From the NCBI GenBank assembly GCA_023213395.1, contig CM041465.1, positions 180,117,741 to 180,181,740 on the forward strand: a stretch of 64,000 nt of DNA, given 5' to 3'. A program made the position numbers and the translations under genes. A model generated the notes under the pieces. That model was not told the DNA's origin. It was given only the letters and a program-made list of their open reading frames with translations, and searched no databases. Shown piece after piece: positions 27,951-40,970 of the stretch. This DNA comes from Cycas panzhihuaensis. Lineage: Eukaryota; Plantae; Cycadophyta. The first letter of the stretch is position 1, and each line of letters begins with the position of its first letter.

Positions 27951-30449
27951 CTCTCTAGTTTATAGATATCATTCTTAGTATGGTCTTCCAAAAAGGGTAA
28001 TCCCTATTAGGATGTAATATTAAATTTATATGTTAATTATCCCTCATGTTTAATAAGGGATGCACATTTTAAGGCACTCTTCTTGGGTAGGCTACATTAA
28101 AAGACATGCTATTAGTTCATAAGTTGTTATAAAGGCTCACTATTATGATTGACCCACAAAGAGGTCATTGTTACAATATACATACTTATTATTAATGTAA
28201 ACCCCTTGAGGGATATATATTCTTTCACCAATTCTATTTGTATATTTTCATAATACATGGTTATTTGAGCTATTTATTTATACTTTATACATGGTTTAGT
28301 CTTTTATTTTCTAATATGTGGTATCAAATCCATAAGGTTTGATATGTAGTAAGCATATATGTTTAGAGTTTTTAAATTTATATTATTAGTTTGAAGCTTA
28401 TTTTACAAACACATATTATTATTATACATATTGGTATATTGATGGGTGTGATGAGCATTCAGTTATGGGGAAGTCTTGGAGGCAAAGCCATAATGACACT
28501 TGTGAACACCTAGATGCGTGAAAGATTTAGATCCCTATTACATAAAAAGTAAAGATTGTTAACTATTGTGAAGGTGATCAATTAGTGAAGATGGTGGAGA
28601 CATCCCTGTTTGACTGCTAAATTTTGTCAACACAGAAAAATGTTGAGCAAGGATGTTGCATAATAAAGGATGAGTTCTTAGCGATTTAAGGTGCACCAAA
28701 TCTCAAGAACCTTGTGAGTAAAAGGTTGTTGTTATGTATAGGGGTCCCATTCGTTTGTTGAAATAGCTATTAGTATGTGCAGAGGAGAGTCCATCTTTTG
28801 GGGTTATTGGGCAATGATAGATATGGTGCACCCAATTTTAATTAATAAAATTCCTTCTATTTCTAATCTAGAGAAAAGTATAGAGGCATGAAGATGAATG
28901 ACTAAGGTTGCACATAGTTGGTCTATTTGTGTAGATTGCTTTATAGTAGAACTAAGTTATTGGGCACTAGAATTTTTTATCTACTTGCTTGTTGCATTAT
29001 GCACACCATTGTTGGGTACTTATTTAAGGTTTGATGGCCTTGTTAGGAAGATAGATGGATTAAAAGTCTATTGGGTGCCTCCCAATAACTTTTTTGGAAT
29101 GTTTAGATGAGTTCCAAACATGATGAGTAGCTTTGTTTATGGCCCATCTACGTGTTGTAGTAGTCGTAGGGCATGGCAGTATGTTAGGCAACTCTAGAGG
29201 CTTGTTGGGTGCTTATTGTGATTATTGAAAGTTGTTACTAGTAAATACAAAAGTGTTGATTTATTTTTCAATTATAGATCTTCATTTTGCATGCTTTCTA
29301 AATGATCAAATCAATCAAAGTTAATTAAAACCATTGTTGGATGCTCCACAATGTCAACGTGAGTGCACATGATAAATTTTTCAAAGGATATATTGATTTT
29401 AATGTTATAATATTTTATAAGATTATATTAATATATTAAACATTCTTAAAAGTTGTGTGAAGTTCACAAGCCCTCTGGATTGGTCACATGGTTCTTTGAT
29501 GTGACCAGACATGTTTTTGAAGGGGGGGCCTAATTGCCTCTTTTTATTTCTTCATGACCTATTAGCAATGTCTCCTTCATAACTTTTCAATGTAGTGTCA
29601 TATTGAGGTGTCATACATTTTGTTGAATCTATTGCTTTGATGTAGTTAAAATGAGTGGTTGTATGACCTATTTTAAGCTTTTTAAGAAGAAAATTTTAAT
29701 CAAGAAACTTGATGCTTTCATGGTGAAGAATTTTAAAAAGGTTCTTTTTAGATGAAATATACATATGATTAACATAGTTTTAATAAAAAAAACTATCAGT
29801 TGTGCATGGTCAATGTATTGAAATTTGTTACATTATAGTGCAAGTATACTTTGGATGGACCTAGTGACAAGTTCATGTTTTAAAAAGGTTTCTAATAGCT
29901 ACAATGGTTATTTACAAGTCTTATGAATGGGTTATTATTGAATAGCCTATGTTCTTTACTTAGTTTAGAGCTAAAAATGAACATGTACAAGGAAAGCACA
30001 CTTTAGTAGAGAAGTTGATGAAACATGTATTCAAAGAGCATCCTAGAGCACTAGTAGGTACAATGACTAATTACCCATATGCACTAGTAGGTGGTTGTCT
30101 CTTCACATAGATGTTAGTAATGACATGAATTAAATCTTATGGGGGAGATTGTTTTGATATAATATTAAATTCATGTGTTAACTATCTCTCATGTTGACTA
30201 AGGGATGTACATCTTTGAGGCAGTCTTAATAAGTGGGCTACATTAAGAGTCATATTATTGGTTCATAGGTTATTATGGAGGCTCACTATTATGATTGGCC
30301 TACAAAGAGGTCATTGTTTTTTTTTATTTGGTTTAACTAAATGGGGGTTAAAAGGGGACCCCAACCCTTATACATCCATCTTCCAATAAGCCACCACAAA
30401 TTGGTTGTGATAAGCCCACGACCTAGCTAAACAAACAAAACCAAGTCAA

Positions 30450-33400
30450 CCTGCATTACAGCAAATCCTTCCATATCCTTTCTGGCCAAACCCATAATCT
30501 CTTTAGGAAAGCCTTCCTTCCAAACCTTTGAAGCTCTAGAAAGAACACCCTGGTTAGCCAACCTATCCACGACCTTATTCCCTTCCCTATAAATATGACT
30601 TACCTAGATGTTATCCTTGCTTTGGAGTAACGTCTTCACATCATAAATCATAGCACAATGTTTCCACTCTAGATTAGCTTCACCTCTGATCAACTTAACC
30701 ACATTCATCAAATCACCTTCTACTATGACTCTCAGGTATCCCTCTTTGGAAGCAAGGTCCACCGCTCTATGCATCGCTTCAAGCTCTGCCTTGTGGTTAG
30801 TCTGAATACTGTAATATTCAATGAAAGTCCATATAATCCTTCCATGTTTATCTCTACAAACTCCTCCTCCCCCAGCCTCTCTAGGATTACCTTTTGACAC
30901 TCCATCAAAGTTTACTTTTACCCAATCTACTAACTGGGCTCCATAGCTGACCTCTCTAACTAGGTTTTATAATAAAATTCTCCACTCCCCAATCTGCCAG
31001 AATCCTCCGTTCAGTAAGCGAAATAGGATCGGTCTCCTCCACCTTGAGGTTCTCCTTTAGGGCTATCAAGATGATCTAGAACAACTTCTGTTCATTCATT
31101 TTCTTGTCTTGGAATATACACATATTCCTCTCTTTCTAGATATTCTAGGCCAACATGGGTAACGAGGAGGACCACAAGGAATTTAGGGTTCTGCTTCTAA
31201 ATGGGTAAACCCAAGCCTCTGCTAGATTTACTACTGAATCAGGGAGGATCTAGTACATCCCAAAGGTGGTCCACATCTTCACCCATACCTCCCTAGTGTA
31301 GGGACAATGTAAGATGAGGTGATCTAAGGATTCCTCTGCTTGGAGACAAAGGATATATCTGTTTACCATAGAAAAGCCTCTTTTTCTTAAGTTGTCCATA
31401 ATGAGAATCTTGTTTTCCAAAGTCAGCCACCAAAAGATAGCTAACTTTGGGATCAACCCCATAGTCTAAACTTTGCCTAAAAGGTTATTCTTAGTTAACC
31501 CTCTATTAGCTATTAAGGACAAATATCCTAACTTGACCGTATAGGTCCCGAACTTGGAGCCCGCCCAAACTAATACATCATTCTTAGGAAATTTAGGAAT
31601 ATAAGTCTTGTTAAGCTTAATCATGAGAACTAAAATTTGTTGTTCATGCTCCTGGCACAATGGGATTTCATAAAAAAATATCCAATCTTTCCCCTCTTCT
31701 TAATCAACCAGATAGTCAACCACTTTGTTCCCATAAATTCTCTTACACTCAGCCTATAGGGGGACAAGAGTCAGATTTGAAGATAATTGGGACTTTCCAC
31801 ACCAGATGTCTTCCCAAAACTCAATAGATTTTCCATCCCCCAAACTCCATTGGGCTTCTGAGACCAACATCTCCCTAATGGACAAAAGGCTCCTCCAAAT
31901 AATAGATCCAATTCTAGAAGGAATAAAATTCATAAACGAGTTGCCCTTGAGGTATTTCCTGCCTATTAACTTGCACCAAAATCTCTCCTTCTTAATATCA
32001 AGGCTCTAACCTAATTTAGAAATAAGAGCCTTATTAAAATAATTTATGTCCTTGACATTTAGGCCTCTAGTCCATTTAGGACAACAAACGTTTTCCCATG
32101 ATACCAAATGAACTCTTTGCCTATCCTCAAATCTAGACCAAAGAAACCTTTTCTGAATTGACTCTAAGGCCCTCATAACCTTCATAAGGCACCTAAACAG
32201 AGACATTATATATGTTGGGATACTTTGAAGAGATGCCACCAATAGTTGAAGTTTACCAACTTGACTTAGAAGGGCCCCTTTCCATCCTGCCAACTTCCTT
32301 TAAACCCAACTAATGATAAGGTTCCACAGGTCCTTCTACATTTTTCCCACAAAAATGGGCATACCTAAATACCAAGTAGGGAGGGTCCTAATGGGCATCT
32401 CCAAAATTCTACTTATAGCCCTTTATGTCCTATCTAAGGTATTCAGGAAAAAGGTGTTACTCTTCTCTAAGTTTGCCTTCTAGTTCGTGGCAATCTCCAA
32501 TCTCTCCAATTTAGCTTTAATAGCTTTTGCATCCATTATGGAGGCCTTACTCAAAAGAATATTATCATCCACAAACTATCTGTGGACTATATTATCAACC
32601 CCCGAAGTAGGGATTAGCTTAGTTATCTTCCTCCATAGACCTGCCAAATAGTTCAACCATAATTATATATAAGTAAGGAGCTATAGGATCCCCTTATCTA
32701 AGCCCCCTATATCCTGGAAAAAAAGCTATAGAGGATCTGTTAACAATGACCAAAATATTAGGCTTGGATATACAACTCTCCATCCATTTCATCCAATGCT
32801 CCCCAAAACTAAAGGCCCTGATACAATCCAGGAGACATCCCCACGAAACCTTGTCATATGCCTTGGAAAGATCCATCTTTACAATCATTCCAGGGTCTTT
32901 CCTGTGAGAAGTTGAGTGGACTATTTCATGAACCATAATTATACCATCCAGAATCTATCTCCCCTTCATAAAACCATCTTGATTAGGTCCTATGATTATA
33001 GGGAGATACTCCTTTAACCTATTGGACAAGATCTTTGCCAAAATTTTGTATTTCATATTATAGAGACTAATCGCCCTAAAGTCTTCCATTATTTTCGCAT
33101 CCCATTTCTTGGGTATTAAAACCAAGAATGTTGTTTGCCATTCTCCATGAATCCTTCCATTTTCAAAAAATTCCTTCACAGCCTTAAGGTAATCCTCTTT
33201 AATTATGTCCTAATGTTCTTGATAAAAACCCAGAGGGAAACCATCCAGACCCGGGGCTTTGTCTTTATTCATACCGTATACCGCTTTCTCTACTTTAGCC
33301 AATGTGAAGGGGGCTTCCAATACTCTATTCATGGCGTATCCAACCTTCTTAGGAATCAGGGCTAATGCCTCCTTTTTGGCCTCCTCATCCATACATCCAA

Positions 33401-34621
33401 GCTCATTGAAGAGATCCTTAAAATATTCCACAACCACCCCTTTTAATTTATCCTACCTGATCTCCTCCCCATCCTTATTCATTAAACTTTTAATATAGTT
33501 ACTCGCTCTGTGTTTAACTATAGTCATATGGAATAATTTAGTATTCTTGTCCTCCTCTGCCAACCATAATGCCCTAAACTTTTGCCTCCAAAATATTTCT
33601 TCCTTTGATAAGATTCCTTCCAGCTTAGAAATGAGCCTTTTTTCTTTCTAGTCAAGGATTATTGTCCTATCTTGGCCCTAGATTTGCTCCTCTAGGCCTT
33701 TTAACTCTTCTAATATCTCTTATTTTTTGGCAAAGATATCCCCATGCGAGGTCTTATTCCACTCCTTTAATTACTGCTTGACCCTATTTAATTTAATCAA
33801 AAACCTCCTCATAGCACAGCCCTATGTAGGTTCTGCCCATCATTCTACCAACAGGTTTTGCAACCCAAGATCCTTAATCTACATAAGCTCAAACCAAAAG
33901 AGAGATACTTTATGCCCCTTAGGCCCATCCCAACCCAGAGCTAACATGGAGTGATCCAAGACTAACTTTGGCATAGCTTCCAATCTAATATTGCTCTATT
34001 GGTTAAACTAAGCAAAGTTAGAGACCACTCTACCCAATCTTACCTGAATGTGACCTGTGCCAAGTCTCCTATTTGACCAAGTGAATTTTGGACCTCTCAG
34101 GGGCATGTCCATCAAACCTCCCTTCTGCAAGAAGGCCCCTAAGTCCTCCATACTTTTAGTCCATTCTATCTAACCCCCTTTCTTTTCCTCGGGGGAGAGA
34201 GCCATGTTAAAGTCCCCAGCTATCAGCCAAGGACCCAACCAATCCTTATGGGTTACCAATAGCCTATCCCATTACCTCCTCCCCTCTTGCGTTAGGGAGG
34301 AATATACATTTGTGACTAACCATTTGTTGTTAGTTTCTTTACTTGTTAACTAGTAGGAAATAAAGTGCTTCGCAAAGAAGGAAAGCTTCTTCCTCCCATC
34401 CTCTAGGATCCCAAAGGGCCAAACCTCCGGACCCCTGTTCCCATCAAATGTGATCCACTCGGATCCTTTCCTAATTTTATTTTGCATAGTTATCTTATTT
34501 TTAACAATCATTTTAGTCTCTTGGATCAAGAGAATATCCACTTCATATGACTCGCATTTCTCTAACCATTCTATATTTTGATAGAATTTATGTCTCGGAT
34601 ATTCTAGGAAGTTAGTTTCAT
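30450..34621 (-). pseudogene. LINE ORF2: APE endonuclease, RT, zf-RVT, RNase H
   Basis: Start MKLTS(W)NIR, then LIQETK, KAPGLDGF, LVLIPK, KMDLSKAYDKVSW, EESLDHLILHC, FDGVSKGNP, VEGD and HIYREGN. Confidence 0.92.
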
Positions 34622-34649
34622 GATGATAACCCCTCTGTGCTCTTGACCT

Positions 34650-35995
34650 CACTTCTTACTTCTAGTTTTGGGCCCCTACCCTAGTCCTCCATCTCTCAAT
34701 GTTCTTTGTATCCCTTGGTCAATTTGGATCATTGCCTCCCTCTCTCGCATCACCTTTGCTAATGACCTCCCTAATCTTTTCTCATTACCCAAGTCTAGCC
34801 CTTTAGGAATAGCATCCTTTGTAGCTCCTTGACACCTCACATCCTTAATCTTCTATACCTTCTAAAATTTCCTGTACTTCTCTAGGCTCTATGGGATATG
34901 ACCCTCTTCCTTTTGAGGAGAGCCCTTTTAAGGCCCATACTGTCTTCCTCTTGAGGAATTTCCAACTCTAAGCCCACTTGTAAGTCTTCTAGTTGATGTT
35001 GGAAAGCCTCTGGTCTGGCCCTCATCTCTGCCTCTCCCTCCTCATAAAGGGTGTCTTCCTCTTCTAGGTTAACACCTAGCCCTAATAAGTAATAGGCCTC
35101 AATGTCTTGATTCTCTAGCTCATTCTCTTTCGAGGGAGATTCCCTCTGAATTGCCTCTTCGAGGTTTTTGTTGGGTTCTCTTTTTTTATCCTCTCCAATT
35201 AAGATTTATTCCTTGACCTGGGGGGTTGAGGAGGTTGGCTTAGGTTCTCTTGGATAGCTCAAAGAGAGATGTCCAAGCCTTTTACATTTTTGACATCTTA
35301 CATTATCAAGTTTATACACCAGTTTTTGTTCTTTAATCCACCCTGAGCCTTTTATACTCACTTCCTCTGGAAGTGGCTTGTTGGTTTTGGCCAATGCACA
35401 GAACCTAGCATTAACCAATCTACTCTTGTTCTTCATGGTAGAATCCACTGCCAAGAGGGGGCCAATTATTTTTGCTACTCCTTTAATTACATCAAGGTCC
35501 TAAGTAATAAGTGAAAGACCTGGAAATTACACCCATAAAGGGAATTACTTAATCGAGCCTTCATATGGATCAAACTCTAGGTGCCATTTCTCCATTAGCA
35601 CCGCCTTTCTACCTATCATCCAAGGCAACTTTAATAAGATACTAACTATGCCCTTATTACAAGTAAACTTAAATAGAACACACCCTCTTGGGAGTGTTAT
35701 CACCTCAAAAAAACCCTTAAGTTTCTACCTTTGATTAACCCATTTTCTAATTGGGTCTACACCAGGCCTAGGGCACGAAAACGTCCACCGTGTTGTTTCC
35801 TAGAAATTTTCTAGCTTTGTCAAATAATCATTTTGATACTGGGATCCTTATCTTCTCATTCTCCAAGATAGGGTTTATGTCAAAAGTTTTTGCTTCCCTA
35901 TTATTTAAGAAATCAAGGTATGATTTCTTCCCTAAAGGAGAGTGGTTATGGTTAAAAGAAATTTGTTTATCTGATTGCTCAATATTGATATCCAT
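34650..35995 (-). pseudogene. LINE ORF1 (DUF4283-type region plus CCHC knuckle)
   Basis: PLWVNFPGL, IIGPLLAVD, and CQKCKRLGHLSLS(C>Y). Confidence 0.8.
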
Positions 35996-38900
35996 AGCTA
36001 TATTTTATACAAAAATATGAACACAAATAAAACATTTGCTCTCACCAGATCCAGATCCTATATGCATCCAGACAACTTGGCTTCAGTAACGCTAAATCTT
36101 TGGGACTAAGACCATGACATCAAACACCTGTCGATCTGTCTTGATCTCCTTCTAGCATCAGGGTGACTTCTAGGCACATATGAGGCCCACGCCTATGGGC
36201 GTCTACTAGTAGTACAACAAAATGCCACACTGCTCGCTCTAGAAATGTCTAACCCGCCTCGCTTGAGCCATCTTGGCTTGGAGTCACATAGACACCGTCG
36301 CCCGAGATTAATATCACGCCTTGAGGGCTTGTCTCTCCATCATTTAGAGCAGGGAAGTGTAGAACATGCTTCTTCTCAAACCTTCTTTGAATCCTATATG
36401 TCTCCCCTGTTGCCTAGCTGCGAAGAGGGCCATAGGAGCTGGAGACGTCTCGCCTACACCACACAAATCCTAGCTAATCCATTCACTACAAAGAGGTCAT
36501 TGTTACTATGTACATACTTATCATTAATGTAAACCCTTTAAGAGATGTATATTATTCCACCAATTATGTTTGTATACTTGTATATTACATGGTTATTTGA
36601 TCTCTTTATTTATGCTTTATACATGGTTTAGTCTTTTATTTATGTGGTATTAGAGCCATAAGGTTTGATGTGTAGTGAGCATATATATTTAGTGTTTTTA
36701 AAATCATGTTATTGGTTTGAAACTTGTTTCGTAGACATGTGTCACTGTTATGCCTAGTGGTATATTATTGAATGTGATGAAAATTCAATTCTAGGGAAGC
36801 CCTAGAGTCAAAGCCATTACGACACATATGGACACTTAGGTACATGCAAGATTTAGACCCTATTACATGAGAAGTAAAGATTATTGGTGGCTATGAAGGT
36901 GAGCAGTTAGTGAAGATAGTAGAAACATCCTTGTTTAATTTGACAATATGGGAGGATATTAAGAAAGGATATTGCATAATAAAGGATGAGTTCTTAGAGA
37001 TTTGAGATGCATTAAATATCAAGAACCCTGCCAGTAAAACATTGTTGCTAATGTATATTGCCTTGTTCATTTGTTGAAGTAGTTGTTAGTCCATGCATAT
37101 ATTTTGGGATTGTTGGGCAGTGATAGATATGGTGCACTAGAGTTTGATGAAAATCCTTCTATTTCTAATTTGGAGTAGAATATGAGGGTGTGAATATAAA
37201 TGAATGAGGTTGCACATGGTTAGGCTATTTGTGTGGACCACTTTATGGCATATCTAAGTTGTTGGCCATTATTAGGCACTAGATTTTTTTATTTACTTGC
37301 CTATTACATTATGCACACTATTATTGGATGCTTGCTTGAGGTTTTGATGGCCTTGTTGAGAAGATAAATAGATTAAAATTCTATTGGGTGCCTCCCAACA
37401 AGTGTAAATCATTTTCTAGTGTGTTTAAATGAGTTGTAGGCATGATGAGCAGCTTTATTTATGGCACATCTATATGTTGGAGCAATCGTAGGGCATGGCA
37501 AGCCATTGGGTGACTTTGAAGACTTGTTGGGAAATTATTGTGATCATTGAAAGTTATTACCAATAACAACAAAAGTGTCGTTTAATTTTTAATTATAGAT
37601 ATTCATTTTTTATACCTTCTAAATGATCAAATTTGATCATTAGATGCTCAACAATACTCACAGGTGTATGCAGTAAATTTATTCAAAGGATATGTTGATT
37701 TTTTATGTTATAATATTTTATAACATTGTATTAAGATATTAAAACATTTTTAAAAGTTGTGTGAAGTTCACAAGCCCCTTAGAGGGGTCACATGATGGCT
37801 TGATATGACCAAACATGTTTTTAAAATGTAGGCTAATCTTAATTTTTGCCTTTTTCTTTTTTTTTTATGACCTACTAGCAATGTTTCCTCCGCAACTTTT
37901 CATTGGGGTGTTCGATTGAGGTGTCATTTATTCTTTTGGATTCCTTGCTTCAACAGGGTTAAAATGAGTAGTTGCCTAACATATTTTAAGCTTTCCAAGA
38001 AGGAAATTTTAATTAGAAAAGTTGATGCTTTCATGGTGACACATTTAAAATGGGTTCTTTTTGGGTGAAATTTCAAGCATGGTTTAGTCTACATATGTTT
38101 AACATAGTTTTAATGAAAACCTATAAGTTGTATATGGTTAATGTATTAAAATTTGTCACATTATAGTGCAAGTGTGCTTCAAATGGACTAGGTGATAGGT
38201 TCATATTCTTATGGCTAGAATAGTTATTTACAGGTCTTATGAATGGGTTGTTATTGAATAGCCCATGTTCTTTGCTCCATTTAGTGCTGAAGATGAGCAT
38301 GTACAAGGAAAACACACTTTAGTGGAGACATTGATAAACCATATATTCAAAGAGCATCCTAAAGCACTAGCAAGTACAATAACTAGTTACCTAGGTGCAC
38401 TGGTAGATGGTTGTCTCTTCATATGGATGTTAGCTTTGAAATGAATTAAATCTTATAAGAGAGATTGTTAAGATGTAATATTAAATCCATATGTTAACTA
38501 TCCCTCATATTGGCCAAGGGATACACATCTTTGAGGCACTCTTTACAGGTGGGCTATATTAAGAGTTGTGCTATTGGTTCATAAGTTGTTATGGAGGCTC
38601 ACTAGTGTGGTTGGCCTACAAGGAGGTTATTGTTACTATATATGCACTTATTATTAATGCAAATCCCTTGAGGGATGTATATTCTTCCACCAATTCTATT
38701 TGTATACTTTCATGGTTATTTGATCTCTTTACTTATGCTTTATGCCTAGTTTAGTATTTAATTCTCTAATAATCCTTAGTGTTTTCCCTAGTGTGGACTT
38801 TCCTCTAGTAGGTTTATTTTAAGTTTCTCCTCTCTCTAATATGTCACTTCATAAAAAAAAACAATTCAAAAAAAAATTATAAAATTAGAAACCAGAATCT

Positions 38901-39240
38901 AGGCTCTAAGATAAGTCCAAACAACTCTTACTTTTAAGCAATAATTACTAAAGAGGTTAAATTATAGTGATCACCTATGGCTTCCATGCCTACACCTTTG
39001 GATTTTGAGGCAAGCCCTCTTATTCCCAAGTCAATACTAACTCTAAGATAAGCTCAAATAACTCCTCCTCCAAAGGGTACTTGTTAATGATATTAAACTA
39101 GGATGACAATCCTTGGCTTCTAATTCTAAAACCCTTAGCTTTCAAGTCCAATTCCTTTAGCCATTGAGGCAAGCCCTCAAGTGCCTAAGATCACTTTGAA
39201 AATAGTCACTAATAAGAATAAATTATAGTGATGCTTTTGT

Positions 39241-39350
39241 GCTTGTCTAGGTCTCATCATGGTTTCTAAGCTCATCGTGAAATTTTGACTTTAGAGCTTG
39301 TCTAAGTCTCATCATGGTTTATAATCTCATCATAAAATTTTGACTTTAGA
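39241..39350 (+). repeat. 55-bp tandem duplication
   Basis: Two copies of GCTTGTCTA(G/A)GTCTCATCATGGTTT...AAATTTTGACTTTAGA. Confidence 0.9.
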
Positions 39351-40785
39351 GCTTATCTTTGCCCTATTTAGCACACCATTAAAGTTATTGCCAATGGAAA
39401 TAAACTAGTGAAAACAATCCATGAACACTTACTAAGGAGGCTAAACTATAGTAGACTACCTTCCCTTATCATTTTAATAGTTGCACAAATAGTCTATCTG
39501 AGGTATTATTGGCAGCATTCACCATTTTGCACCACAAGTCTAAAGAGGTTCTATCACAAAGAGGGTAAGTGTTTCTTGTAAATTGAGAAGTCCATATTCA
39601 TCCCAACATAGATAAGTGAAGGTATGTCCTTCCTGTTTCTTATTTTAATTTAGTTATTAGCTTTCATAAATATATTTGATAATGTTTATCTATTGTCTTA
39701 GTGAATGGGGGTATGTATATATGTATTCAGTCGATGATGAGTCTAATCATGATCAATGGAAAAATAAGTTATCCACCTGAGCTTAATAGATTATAAAATG
39801 ACTTTTATATACCTCTTCAAATTCTTTCAACCTTACTTCTACCCCTATTTGCAATGATTCTCTACTTATCTTGTTATGTTGGATGCCTTTTCTATCACAA
39901 CCTTCCTTTTCTACTTGTTTTTCCTCATCCCATGAAGATTTCTATATGTTATAGATTCTTTATCATAGAGTACATGTGTTTTAGATCTTGGGGAGCTAGT
40001 GGACATGTTTTTATCCTTAGAAAGATGGTTGTAATTATATAAGTGGTAAAATAGTTATTAAGAAATTTTGTATATATGGTATTAAAGTTATACTTTACTA
40101 GTAGTCATCTTCTTTCATGGTTGTCAAGGTCCTAAGCAAAGTGAGTTCTTATTTTAAAAGTTATTACTGTTGAGAGGTATTTAATCATATTTAGTGAGTA
40201 TTATAAACTTAAAGCTATAGAATTTTAAATCCCCTAATAAATTGAAGTTTCATGTTTGAAGTTTATGATCAACCAATGGCAAGGGCTAATTGTGATATTG
40301 ATTCATATGCAAGTTAAAGATTGTGGTAGAGTTTGAACTTCTTATTTAAGATGTGATATATACCAAACTAAAATAAAGAGCTATTAGTAAGAACTTGTTA
40401 TGATTGGACAAGAAGAAGGATGTGAAAAGATAAATTTATATAGGGTAGTTATACAAACACCATCCAAGCTCAAGAATAATGATAAGGACTCATACTATTC
40501 AAGTAGAAGGATGGAAGAACATTAGCATTCTAAGATGGTTTTTTATCTCAATTAAAACTTAAAAGAATTTAACATGGTATTAGGTGCTTCTGAATATTTT
40601 CCATTACAGATTTGACTATGTAGGAAATAATATTATAGGAGAACAAGGCAAAACATATACAAAAATCACATAGATCAATATTGCATTATAGCATCATAGC
40701 TTCAACATGAAAGTACTTTGTATTCAATCCATATTATAGTGAAGAGAGTTATAAAGTTCCCAATAAGGGAAGTATCTAAAGACAA

Positions 40786-40970
40786 TAGGGTTGCACACCT
40801 CTCAATATTTATAATTTTGGGGGAGGAGGGAAACTCCTCAACCCCTGAAATTCAAATTACAATAAAATAATAATAACTTAACTTAAATTAACTTAAATCA
40901 ACATTAAACTTACCTATACATGTTGAGCACCCACATATGTAAATTGAGGTTGATGAGATGTACAATCCTG
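40786..40970. mobile_element. Possible small hAT-like MITE remnant
   Basis: Imperfect ~20-bp inverted repeats: TAGGGTTGCACACCTCTCAA versus CAGGATTGTACATCTCATCAA (reverse complement of the right end). I found no TSD. Confidence 0.4.

Larger units (their letters stand above)
24079..28004 (+). mobile_element. Highly decayed retroelement-like segment (Pro-rich frames, possible zinc-knuckle remnant, RNase H); continues at ~38777-39460
   Basis: Pro-rich frames, a possible C-x2-C remnant near 24865, and an RNase H remnant at 27.5-27.95 kb. The same GAGG(C/T)TAAACTAT motif reappears after the 28005-38771 insertion. I did not find termini. Confidence 0.4.
30319..36485 (-). mobile_element. Full-length L1-type LINE with a C-terminal RNase H (degenerate)
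   Basis: Poly(T) at ~30317-30325. TSD CTACAAAGAGGTCATTGTT at 30300-30318 and 36486-36504. ORF1 and ORF2 remnants are present. Confidence 0.95.
28005..38771 (+). mobile_element. Non-autonomous LTR retroelement in tandem arrangement LTR-int-LTR-int-LTR
   Basis: LTR1 at 28005-28316, LTR2 at 30150-30318 plus 36505-36642, LTR3 at 38466-38771. PBS at 28319 and 36645 (TGGTATTAGAGCC). PPT GGGGGAGAT before LTR2 and a G>A-decayed copy before LTR3. TSD is ATCCC (28000-28004) / ATCCT (38772-38776). The two ~1.83-kb internal copies have no long ORF. Confidence 0.88.

Noticed and set aside
28005-38771. Retrozyme or Cassandra identity for the tandem LTR element
   Set aside because: I could not see a hammerhead core (CUGANGA/GAAA) or a 5S rRNA-like segment in the LTRs, although decay could hide one.
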